A DNA stretch of 64,000 nucleotides from Candidatus Nomurabacteria bacterium (GTDB lineage Bacteria; Patescibacteriota; Minisyncoccia; Phycocordibacterales; UBA9973), in NCBI GenBank assembly GCA_021413905.1, contig JAIOPO010000001.1, positions 9,159 to 73,158 of the forward strand. Direction: 5' to 3'. Positions within the stretch are counted from its first letter, which is position 1. Every line of letters begins with the position of its first letter. Shown here piece after piece: positions 31,125 to 39,228 of this stretch. The notes beneath the pieces are model-generated. The model was not told the origin of the DNA. It ran no database searches and was given only the letters and a program-made list of their open reading frames with translations. The position numbers were made by a program, and so were the translations under genes.

Positions 31125-31231
31125 TGTTTGTATTTATAGGGTATATGATATAATTAATGTACCTATAATTTAGGATTATTATTAATTGGTCGTTTTGTTT
31201 ATTAATTATTATTAAGTTTTTATAAAAAAAT

Positions 31232-31636
31232 ATGAAGAATAAAATTCTTGGTTTTGCTGGTTTAGGTTTAGTCGTTTCACCAATGTTTGCTTTTGCGCAA
31301 ACTACAAATTGTAATGCAGTTGCTCTTGGTCAATTGGGTACATTAGATGCTCTTTTGTGTAAGATTGGATCATTATTAAATTCAATTGTTCCTGTTCTTA
31401 TTGCATTAGGTGTTGTTTACTTTATCTGGGGAGTTGTATCTTATGTTATATCTGATGACGAAGAAGCTAAAAAAGCAGGTAAAGACAGAATGATCTATGG
31501 TATCATCGGTCTTGCTGTTATCGTCTCTGTTTGGGGATTGGTAAGTATTTTGAAGAATACTTTTGGTTTAGGTGGTTCTAATACAAATACTGTACAAGTT
31601 CCTTGTATTCCTCTTCCAGGAAATACTAGTTGTTAA
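31232..31636 (+). CDS. VirB2/TrbC-like pilin
   Basis: Signal AFA-Q, FIWGVV, GKDRMIYGIIGL.V.VSVWGLV. Confidence 0.8.
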   Translation: MKNKILGFAGLGLVVSPMFAFAQTTNCNAVALGQLGTLDALLCKIGSLLNSIVPVLIALGVVYFIWGVVSYVISDDEEAKKAGKDRMIYGIIGLAVIVSVWGLVSILKNTFGLGGSNTNTVQVPCIPLPGNTSC

Positions 31637-31639
31637 TTT

Positions 31640-31975
31640 ATGAATTTATTTCTTGTAAATACAGCTTATGCAAGTGATAATTTGGGTAAGTTTATAGGGA
31701 ATGTAAATAAACAGATTATTAATCCTTTGATTGTATTGTTGTTTGCTTTAGCTTTAGTTTATTTTCTTTATGGAGTGTTTGAATTTTTATCAAATGCTGA
31801 AAATGAAGAAAGTAAAACAAAAGGTAAAATGCATATGATATATGGTCTTATTGGTTTTACTATTATGATGGGAGTTTGGTCTATATTGGCAATGCTTCAA
31901 AACACTTTCAATATTCCAAAATCTCAAATAGATCCAGAAAAGGGCACTGTAAATCTGCCAAGTTACAATCCATAA
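31640..31975 (+). CDS. VirB2/TrbC-like pilin
   Basis: IINPLI.LLFALALVYFLYGV, GKMHMIYGLIG..IM.GVW. Confidence 0.8.
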   Translation: MNLFLVNTAYASDNLGKFIGNVNKQIINPLIVLLFALALVYFLYGVFEFLSNAENEESKTKGKMHMIYGLIGFTIMMGVWSILAMLQNTFNIPKSQIDPEKGTVNLPSYNP

Positions 31976-31995
31976 AAATATTTTAAGAAATAAAA

Positions 31996-32021
31996 AAAAG
32001 CGACCTTACGGGGTCGCTTTT
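31996..32021. terminator. Bidirectional terminator
   Basis: AAAAGCGACC-TTACGG-GGTCGCTTTT. Confidence 0.75.
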
Positions 32022-32040
32022 GTGTTTTTCTCCAGAACTT

Positions 32041-32529
32041 TCAATCTGGAGGATTTCCTGTGCCCCAGGAAAATATTATTCTTTCCGTATTGTACGGATA
32101 GATTTTGTATTTTCCTGGAGGCATTTGTGACCACTCCATTTGATTTTGGTGTGGTTTGCCATCACAGATGAATTCAATAGATGAATCAGCTTCGTATACA
32201 TATACGGCGCTTAATCCACCTTGGATTCTTGTCCATGATATAGCCGGATCAAGGTACACTTCCAAAGGTTTATCTTTAGTCGCAATACCCTTACCAGATT
32301 TAATTTGAGCTTGTTCAGATTGAGTTTGAGCTTGCTCAACAGCAATTTCTGTATTTTTTGATTCCTCTAATTTTTTTTCCAATTTTGGAATCCATAATTG
32401 TTGAATCAAAAGTATTAAAATAACAGAAATAGCAAAACGAATAAAATCCGTTTTGTTTTTTGAATTCGGCATAAGCCCTTCGAGCTCTTCTGACTTTTTT
32501 GCCGACTCTTTTGGCGCTACATTTTCCAT
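32041..32529 (-). CDS. Hypothetical single-TM protein
   Basis: 162-aa ORF starting 3 bp after the SPFH-like gene. Confidence 0.65.
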   Translation of the reverse strand: MENVAPKESAKKSEELEGLMPNSKNKTDFIRFAISVILILLIQQLWIPKLEKKLEESKNTEIAVEQAQTQSEQAQIKSGKGIATKDKPLEVYLDPAISWTRIQGGLSAVYVYEADSSIEFICDGKPHQNQMEWSQMPPGKYKIYPYNTERIIFSWGTGNPPD

Positions 32530-32532
32530 TTT

Positions 32533-33609
32533 TTAACTGTTGTTGTTTAAAACATTGAAAGCATTTCCTCCAGAAACAATGTTCTTTTTAGCAATTCCCA
32601 ACATCACATCAGCATCATCACTTGCCTTATCCGGAGAAACTCCTTTTGCAATAAGTTCCTCCATGATCTTGATTTTCGCATCTTGTCGTTTTTGTTTGGC
32701 AATGATTTCTTTTTTCATTACCTCTTCTGCTTCAAGTGCTTCAGTCACCTGTGTACTAAAATCAACACTTGTTAATTTGAAAGTGCGAACATCCAAATTA
32801 TAGAGTATTTCAGTCGCAGATCTTTCAAAAAGAAAATCTTCTAACTGCAACATTGTTTCAATCCTGGATTTGTTTTTTAGGTAAAATTCCAGAATGTTTA
32901 AGTTGCTATTATCAGACTTGAGTGGAATCTCCCAGAGATATGCTTCTAAGTGATCAATTTGTTTTACCAATTTTTGATCTGAAATTTTAGCATTTCTTAA
33001 CCTTTCCAGATAATCCAGAAATGATTGAGAGGGATTATTATTGAAATCATTAGGATCATTTTCAATAACATAGTAGTGAGGTGGACGCTCCATTCTAAGA
33101 ACACAATTAATCATTTGACCAATGATTTCTTTGTTTTGTCTGAAATCTTCGCCTTTCTCTTCTGATCCAATAATACCGATACTGTCCTCAATACTGTCCA
33201 GCATACCTTTTTTGATTGTTTCTGGTTCAATCTCCGGTATTTTTCTTAAATTATTAAAATCATACCTGTATTGAATTGAACCTTCCAATGTTATTTGAAG
33301 GTTGTCTATAGAAAAAATCTTTATTGGGTCAGGTTTTTTGAATTGAAGAGTTTTCAATTCTTGCTTGATTAATAAAAATTTTTCTAAGAAGGGCAACTTG
33401 AATTGGTATCCTTCACGAACAGACCTCTCTAGTCTCTTACCAAGACGTATTACGTTTCCGTAATGAGCTACTGGTATCTGCACCAATGAACTGTTCAATA
33501 GTGCAATCAATGCAATTACCAATAAAATCCAGGTTGTTGCATTTAAAATCCAAATTAAGAACTCTATCATTTTTTTTAAATTAATTGTCCATCTAAATCC
33601 CGTATCCAT
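32533..33609 (-). CDS. SPFH/Band 7 family membrane protein (divergent)
   Basis: N-terminal TM, G.V.RLGK...V.EG..FKLPF.E, S.DN..I...GSIQYR, C-terminal coiled coil. Confidence 0.7.
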   Translation of the reverse strand: MDTGFRWTINLKKMIEFLIWILNATTWILLVIALIALLNSSLVQIPVAHYGNVIRLGKRLERSVREGYQFKLPFLEKFLLIKQELKTLQFKKPDPIKIFSIDNLQITLEGSIQYRYDFNNLRKIPEIEPETIKKGMLDSIEDSIGIIGSEEKGEDFRQNKEIIGQMINCVLRMERPPHYYVIENDPNDFNNNPSQSFLDYLERLRNAKISDQKLVKQIDHLEAYLWEIPLKSDNSNLNILEFYLKNKSRIETMLQLEDFLFERSATEILYNLDVRTFKLTSVDFSTQVTEALEAEEVMKKEIIAKQKRQDAKIKIMEELIAKGVSPDKASDDADVMLGIAKKNIVSGGNAFNVLNNNS

Positions 33610-33747
33610 AAATTCATATGCAATAGGGGATTTGTTTTGGACAACTAAATTTTTGTCAAAAAGCGCATATCTGTATAAAGTATATCATATATAACATAAA
33701 AAGTCAATCCCTTGCGAGACTGACTTTTTATATTTCTATATTTTTAA

Positions 33748-34551
33748 TTAATGATGTTTTAAAGGAGTATTGTGGAATTTATCTTCGTAAAAGAATTTTC
33801 TGATCAGTATTATTAATACTATTATTAATACAATCAAAAGCAACCATTGCAAGAAACTAGAAGGCAAGAATCCACAAGCAGAACCAGATGTTCCAGTTAG
33901 GGAAGATAGTACGTTTGCAGAAAGAGTATTTCCTAAATCAGAAGCACTTTTTGTTGTTGTAGTGTTTGTCTTTTTTGTTGCAGTTGTTGTCGGATTTTTC
34001 TTTACAGTAGAATTTGAAACGTTAGAATTGTTTGTATTTGTTGTTGTGCCTGTGATTGTCGAAGATTTGACAGTAAAGTAAACACCATTTGAAGTACCTC
34101 CTCCGGGCATCGGACTAAATACAGAAATAACATATTTACCAGGAGTCATAACATCTGCAGAATTTAATATCATTGTAAGTTTTCCAGAATTTACATAACT
34201 TGTAGATCTGTAAGAATTATTAAATTCAGCTATTGAATTTGGTACAAAGTTAGCACCAGTTAAAACAACAGCCATATTTCCTGAAATATCACTAACTTCG
34301 TTTGGACTAACAGAATATAATACAGGAGCTGGGTTTGCTGTTATAACATTGTTATTATTGTAATTGTTATAAGAATTGTTGTTATTATAAGTGTTTGTAT
34401 TAGATGAACTTATTTCACCTGAACAATTTGACTCAAAATTACTACAAGCTTTTACTGTTAATGGATATGAATTTACAGATATAACAAGCATTAAAAGCCC
34501 GAAAACTGTAAAAATATTTTTTATTAAATTTTTATTTATTTTATTTAACAT
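33748..34551 (-). CDS. IPT/TIG-domain surface protein
   Basis: PAPVL.SVSP, LTGANF, PGGGTSN; Thr/Asn-rich linker; C-terminal TM. Confidence 0.75.
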   Translation of the reverse strand: MLNKINKNLIKNIFTVFGLLMLVISVNSYPLTVKACSNFESNCSGEISSSNTNTYNNNNSYNNYNNNNVITANPAPVLYSVSPNEVSDISGNMAVVLTGANFVPNSIAEFNNSYRSTSYVNSGKLTMILNSADVMTPGKYVISVFSPMPGGGTSNGVYFTVKSSTITGTTTNTNNSNVSNSTVKKNPTTTATKKTNTTTTKSASDLGNTLSANVLSSLTGTSGSACGFLPSSFLQWLLLIVLIIVLIILIRKFFYEDKFHNTPLKHH

Positions 34552-34606
34552 ACCTATAGTATATCACCTTTTAATATAAAAGTCAAGCTCTTAAAAGTCT
34601 TTATTT

Positions 34607-34637
34607 TAAAAGCTTTTTCATATGTCTGACATATGGG
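34607..34637 (-). repeat. Solo copy of the RAYT-associated palindromic repeat
   Basis: Reverse complement CCCATATGTCAGACATATGAAAAAGCTTTT matches the transposase flanks; about 5 bp from the tRNA-Leu 3' end. Confidence 0.85.
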
Positions 34638-34642
34638 TTTTG

Positions 34643-34724
34643 TGCTGGAGGAGGGACTCGAACCCTCAAACCTTGCGGTACTAGTTCCTAAGACTAGCGC
34701 GTATACCAATTCCGCCACTCCAGC
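34643..34724 (-). tRNA. tRNA-Leu(TAG)
   Basis: Cloverleaf GCTGGAG..., loop CTTAGGA, long variable arm, GTTCGA. Confidence 0.93.
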
Positions 34725-34752
34725 AATTTTTCAAATATTATTTATTTGAATG

Positions 34753-34825
34753 TGCGCCCAGAAGGGATCGAACCTTCGACCTTATCCTTAAGAGGGATCT
34801 GCTCTACCAGCTGAGCTATAGGCGC
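34753..34825 (-). tRNA. tRNA-Lys(CTT)
   Basis: GCGCCTATAGCTCAG..., loop CTCTTAA, GTTCGA. Confidence 0.92.
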
Positions 34826-34934
34826 ATGTTTACTTTTTTAATTTAACTTCTAATTATATTTTGCCAATACTGTTATTTACCAAAACAGCTATAGGCGCAT
34901 GCAAAACTAAATTTTCATTTTTAATAAAAATTTG

Positions 34935-35016
34935 TGCCCGGAGTGGGGGTCGAACCCACATCCCTTGCGAGACACGATTTTAAGTCGTGCGCGTATACCA
35001 ATTCCGCCATCCGGGC
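34935..35016 (-). tRNA. tRNA-Leu(TAA)
   Basis: GCCCGGATGGCGGAA..., loop CTTAAAA, long variable arm. Confidence 0.93.
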
Positions 35017-35064
35017 TTATTACAATAATTTAATTTTATCAAATTACTTCCTTTTTTAAAAGGG

Positions 35065-35136
35065 AGGCCTAGGACGGAATCGAACCGTCGTATAAAGATT
35101 TTGCAGATCTTTGCCTTACCACTTGGCGACTAGGCC
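35065..35136 (-). tRNA. tRNA-Cys(GCA)
   Basis: GGCCTAGTCGCCAAG..., loop CTGCAAA, U discriminator. Confidence 0.92.
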
Positions 35137-35164
35137 GAATATATTTCATGGTGGTTACTACATC

Positions 35165-35488
35165 TTACTTTTCTCGGAGCAATTCGTCAATCTTTTGTCT
35201 ATTTTTTTCTCCACGGTCTATTTGTATGTCGATAAAAGGTATTGTTTTGATTTGCATATTTTTCTTTAGATAATCACGGAGTTCGGCTCTTTTTCTTTTT
35301 GCAAAATCCAAAGCTGTGGCTTCTCTTGATTCAGGGAGAACTGTTATAAATATTGTTGCCTTTTTTAAATCCGGAGAAGTGTCAGAAGATGTGACAGTAA
35401 TAAGTGAAGTTTTGTTGTTTTCACGTCCTAAAAATTCCGCAGATAATTTGCGAATCATTTGAGATATTTTTTCTGTTCTTTCTGTCAT
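35165..35488 (-). CDS. rbfA: Ribosome-binding factor A
   Basis: ITVT....SPDLKKATIFITV, IP.I....D; downstream of infB. Confidence 0.88.
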   Translation of the reverse strand: MTERTEKISQMIRKLSAEFLGRENNKTSLITVTSSDTSPDLKKATIFITVLPESREATALDFAKRKRAELRDYLKKNMQIKTIPFIDIQIDRGEKNRQKIDELLREK

Positions 35489-35489
35489 A

Positions 35490-36995
35490 TTATTTTTGTA
35501 CTATTGAAAATGATTCTAATATATCTCCTGCGACTATTTCTATTTTTGACTCTATCATTGTTCCGAATTCAGTGCCTTCTTCGACTTCACTTGTTTTAGT
35601 TTTACCTTTTTCTAAATTTACGATTTTACCTTTTCCGATTTCAAATTCACGACGAATTATTTTTACTGTTTCTCCTAGTGATATTTTACCTTCTGTGACT
35701 TTACCTCCTACTATTTGTCTTTCTTTTGTTCGGCTAAATGCTTTTAATATTTTTACTTTTCCTTTTGTCTCAGTTGTTTCTACTCTTGGGCGTCTACGTT
35801 CCATTTCTTCTGTGAGCCATTCTGTCATTTTGTAAATAATATCAAAAAAAGAAATTGTAACATTTCTATTCTGTGAAAGCTCAATAGCATTTTTATCAGC
35901 TTTTACGTTGAAACCTATAACTATCGCGTCTTCTGCAGAAGTTATGTTTTTAATATCTGATTCGGAAACAGGACCTGTACCTTTTTGAATTATTTTAAAT
36001 TCAGCACTATCGCTTGTGATTTTACTTATTTCTTTTTCAATAGCTTCTAGAGATCCTGCAACATCTGTTTTTATTATTATTGGTATAATTTTTTTATTTG
36101 TATCTGTTTTGTTGGTATTGTTTTCTTTTTTATCTGTATTTGATTTTTTTTCTTTTATATATTCTTCAGCTTCACTTTTTTTATCAAAAGATTTGAATTC
36201 AGCTCCAATTTGAGGAATTTTATCAAAACCAACTAGACGAATAGGGGAAGAAAATTCAGCTTCATTTATCATTTTACCTAAAAAGTTTTCTATTATACGA
36301 GTAGAACACATTGCGTCTTCTACTACTACTGTCATTCCTTTTTTTAATGAGCCGTTTTTTATTATAAGGGTTGCTTGAATACCACGTTTTGGATCAAGAT
36401 TTGATTCTATTACATAACCGGAAGCATTTGCATCTGTATCACCTTGAAAATCTTCCATCTCTGCTGTAATCAAAATAAGTAAAAGTAAATCATCTATACC
36501 TTTTCCTGTTTTTGCAGAAATTTCAGCAAAAGGGACTTTGCCTCCATAGTTTTCGAGATATATTTCATTTTCAGCAAGATTCATTTTTGTTTTTTCAATA
36601 TCTGCGCCCGGTTTGTCTATTTTATTTATTGCTACTATAAAAGGTATGTTGCTATTTATAATAGTTTTATACGCTTCGATTGTTTGAGGTTTTACTCCGT
36701 CTTCTGCTGAGACTACAAGTATTGCGATATCAGCGAGTTTCGCTCCACGTTCACGCATTTTAGAAAAAGCCTCGTGACCTGGAGTATCTAGAAAAGTTAT
36801 TTTTCTGTCTTTATTGTGTTCATCTTTATGAATAACTTCATAAGCTGAAATGTGTTGAGTGATTCCTCCAGCTTCACGTTCGACAATATTAGACTTTCGA
36901 ATGTAGTCGAGTAGGGTAGATTTGCCATGGTCAATATGCCCCATGACTGCGACTACTGGTGGACGTTCTATTTTTTTGTCTGCATTTTTTTGCAT
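35490..36995 (-). CDS. infB: Translation initiation factor IF-2 (short form)
   Basis: RPPVVAVMGHIDHGKS, GGITQHI, FLDTPGHEAF, NKID. Confidence 0.96.
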   Translation of the reverse strand: MQKNADKKIERPPVVAVMGHIDHGKSTLLDYIRKSNIVEREAGGITQHISAYEVIHKDEHNKDRKITFLDTPGHEAFSKMRERGAKLADIAILVVSAEDGVKPQTIEAYKTIINSNIPFIVAINKIDKPGADIEKTKMNLAENEIYLENYGGKVPFAEISAKTGKGIDDLLLLILITAEMEDFQGDTDANASGYVIESNLDPKRGIQATLIIKNGSLKKGMTVVVEDAMCSTRIIENFLGKMINEAEFSSPIRLVGFDKIPQIGAEFKSFDKKSEAEEYIKEKKSNTDKKENNTNKTDTNKKIIPIIIKTDVAGSLEAIEKEISKITSDSAEFKIIQKGTGPVSESDIKNITSAEDAIVIGFNVKADKNAIELSQNRNVTISFFDIIYKMTEWLTEEMERRRPRVETTETKGKVKILKAFSRTKERQIVGGKVTEGKISLGETVKIIRREFEIGKGKIVNLEKGKTKTSEVEEGTEFGTMIESKIEIVAGDILESFSIVQK

Positions 36996-36996
36996 T

Positions 36997-37452
36997 TTAT
37001 ATTTTAGCTTTATTTAAAACTTCTTTTTCTTCTTCTGTTAATTCGTATTCAGATTTTCCATTTTTTATTGGTTTTGCAAAAACACTCATTCTGTCTCTTG
37101 AATACAAACTAGACATTACAAGCCCGTCACCGTCTTCATTTAAAACTCCAATTGCAAAACTCTGATTACTTCCTTGGTCTGGAAATGGATTAAATCGTAA
37201 TGTTTCAACTCCACGAATGCTTTTGCGAAGTTTAGCATTTACATTGATTAATTCTTTTTCGATTTGTTCTCTTGCATTTTTTAATTTCTCTATGTCATCT
37301 TGAAGTACATTAATAGTATCTTCTAAATCTTTAGCTTTTTTGCCAATGAAAAATCTCTTAAGTCTTTTTTCTGTTTTGACAATCCAAAGAAATAATAGTA
37401 AAATGACTATTCCAATAAAAATAAAAAAACTGATTTGGAGCTTTATATCCAT
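36997..37452 (-). CDS. DUF4446 family protein
   Basis: N-terminal TM, coiled coil, RFNPF...GSNQSF, YSRD...FAKP, L.EEE. Confidence 0.75.
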   Translation of the reverse strand: MDIKLQISFFIFIGIVILLLFLWIVKTEKRLKRFFIGKKAKDLEDTINVLQDDIEKLKNAREQIEKELINVNAKLRKSIRGVETLRFNPFPDQGSNQSFAIGVLNEDGDGLVMSSLYSRDRMSVFAKPIKNGKSEYELTEEEKEVLNKAKI

Positions 37453-37476
37453 ATACTTTAAATATATACTATTCTT

Positions 37477-38664
37477 ATGAAGAAATCAAAGAAAAAAATA
37501 AATAACATAAAATTTAAAAAGAAAAACATCTATATAGATTTCTCGGCTTCCTTTTTACCAAATCCGAGTTCTATTCATGATTTAGGTGTTAAGGCTAGAA
37601 AAGATTTGGAAAATGCCAGAAAAGAAATATCTTTGGAATTATTTGCTCGTCCAAATGAAATTATTTTTACTAGTGGGGGAACAGAAAGTAATAATTTAGC
37701 TATATTGGGAGTAGTTACATATGTCAGACATAGGGAAATCCCTATGTCTGACATATGTTCTGTCGTAGTTCCTCACATTGTAACCACAAACATAGAACAT
37801 CCTTCTGTTTTGGAAGTTTATAAATATTTGGAAAAAACAAAACAAGCAGAGGTGACTTATATCAACGTAGAATCAAATGGCATAGTTGACCCAAAGAAAA
37901 TAAAAAAATCAATAAAAGAAAATACTGTTTTGGTTTCTGTTATGTACGCTAATAATGAAATAGGGACTATTCAACCGATCAAAGAGATTGCAAAAGAAAT
38001 TAGACATTTTAGAAAAAATAGTAAAAGTGTTTTTCCGTTTTTCCATACTGATGCAGTGCAAGCGGTAAATTATTTGGATTTAAATGTTGAAAAATTAGGA
38101 GTAGATTTGATGACATTGACGGGTTCAAAAATAGAAAATTCAGGGAAAGTCGGTATTTTGTATAAAAAAAACAATGTCATATTGTCTCCAATAATGCATG
38201 GTGGAGATCAAGAATTCGGACTTCGTCCAGGAACAGAAAATCTTATTGCTATTTTAGATTTTACAAAAGCTTTTAAGAATGTTCGCAAAATAAAAGAAAA
38301 AGAATCTGTCCGACTTTCAAAATTGCGTGATTATTTTTTTGACAAAATTAAAAAAATGGACGAAAAAATAATCTTAAATGGAGATTTAAAAAACAGATTG
38401 CCGAATAATGTAAATATAACAATACCAAAAGTGCCGAGCGATTTGCTTGTGCTTGAATTATCTGCTCGTGGAATATATATATCTGAAAAAAGTGCTTGTA
38501 AGTCTGGTGACATAAAGTCTTCTCATGTAATACGCGCAATTTGTAAAAAAGATTCGCAATCTTTGCGTTTCTCTATGGGTAGAATAACAAATAAAAATGA
38601 TATTGATTATACTCTGAAATCTTTATCTCAAATTTTGACCAAATTAAAAAAGTGGTATAATTAA
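37477..38664 (+). CDS. iscS: Cysteine desulfurase (IscS/NifS family) with in-frame palindrome insertion
   Basis: NPSSIH, FTSGGTESNN, EHPSV, NNEIGTIQP, HTDAVQA, PLP Lys in TGSKI, SAC. Confidence 0.88.
   Translation: MKKSKKKINNIKFKKKNIYIDFSASFLPNPSSIHDLGVKARKDLENARKEISLELFARPNEIIFTSGGTESNNLAILGVVTYVRHREIPMSDICSVVVPHIVTTNIEHPSVLEVYKYLEKTKQAEVTYINVESNGIVDPKKIKKSIKENTVLVSVMYANNEIGTIQPIKEIAKEIRHFRKNSKSVFPFFHTDAVQAVNYLDLNVEKLGVDLMTLTGSKIENSGKVGILYKKNNVILSPIMHGGDQEFGLRPGTENLIAILDFTKAFKNVRKIKEKESVRLSKLRDYFFDKIKKMDEKIILNGDLKNRLPNNVNITIPKVPSDLLVLELSARGIYISEKSACKSGDIKSSHVIRAICKKDSQSLRFSMGRITNKNDIDYTLKSLSQILTKLKKWYN
37717..37758. repeat. Inverted doublet (REPIN-like) of the RAYT-associated repeat, in-frame in iscS
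   Basis: ACATATGTCAGACATAGGGA-AA-TCCCTATGTCTGACATATGT, perfect 20-bp arms, 42 bp. Confidence 0.9.
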
Positions 38665-38667
38665 ATT

Positions 38668-39192
38668 ATGGACATAAAAGATTTAAATAAAACACAGCTT
38701 ATATTATTAGCTTTACTTTTGAGTTTTGTGACATCTATTGCAACTGGTATTTCTACTGTTACATTGTTACAACAAGCTCCTGCTTCTGTGACTGTGCCGA
38801 TAAATAGAGTAGTCAGACAAACAGTTGAAAAAATAGTACCAGCTGATATGATAGCAAATCAAGCATTATCTGAAGATCAAAAAAAATTATTGGAAGATTT
38901 AAAAGCCATTAAACCTCTGACAGTTACATTGTATTTAAAAGGTGAAAAAGAAGATAAGGTTTTGGGTACAGGTTTATTTTTAGGAAATGATAAAGTTGTA
39001 ATTGCATCTATCATATCTGCTCCAAAAGAGGGAGAAAAGTATGTTGTAAAAAGTGTCTTAGGTGAACAAAAAGTTTCAAATGTCACACAAGAAAAAGATT
39101 TTACAATTATTGAGTTGGCAAAGACTGACTCAGTAACAGATACTAAAACAGATACTCCAGCTACTGTCGATAATACGACAAAAACTCAATAA
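38668..39192 (+). CDS. Hypothetical membrane-anchored protein (possibly degenerate protease-like)
   Basis: L.KTQLILL.LLLSFVTSIATGI N-terminus, GTGLF; no catalytic GxSGG. Confidence 0.6.
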   Translation: MDIKDLNKTQLILLALLLSFVTSIATGISTVTLLQQAPASVTVPINRVVRQTVEKIVPADMIANQALSEDQKKLLEDLKAIKPLTVTLYLKGEKEDKVLGTGLFLGNDKVVIASIISAPKEGEKYVVKSVLGEQKVSNVTQEKDFTIIELAKTDSVTDTKTDTPATVDNTTKTQ

Positions 39193-39228
39193 TTGACTTT
39201 TATTAGATTTATTTTATAATATATAGAT

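Noticed and set aside
33707-33720. ATCCCTTGCGAGAC, identical to the tRNA-Leu(TAA) variable arm
   Set aside because: Sits in a terminator hairpin with a GCAA tetraloop; not a tRNA end, so not a convincing att site.
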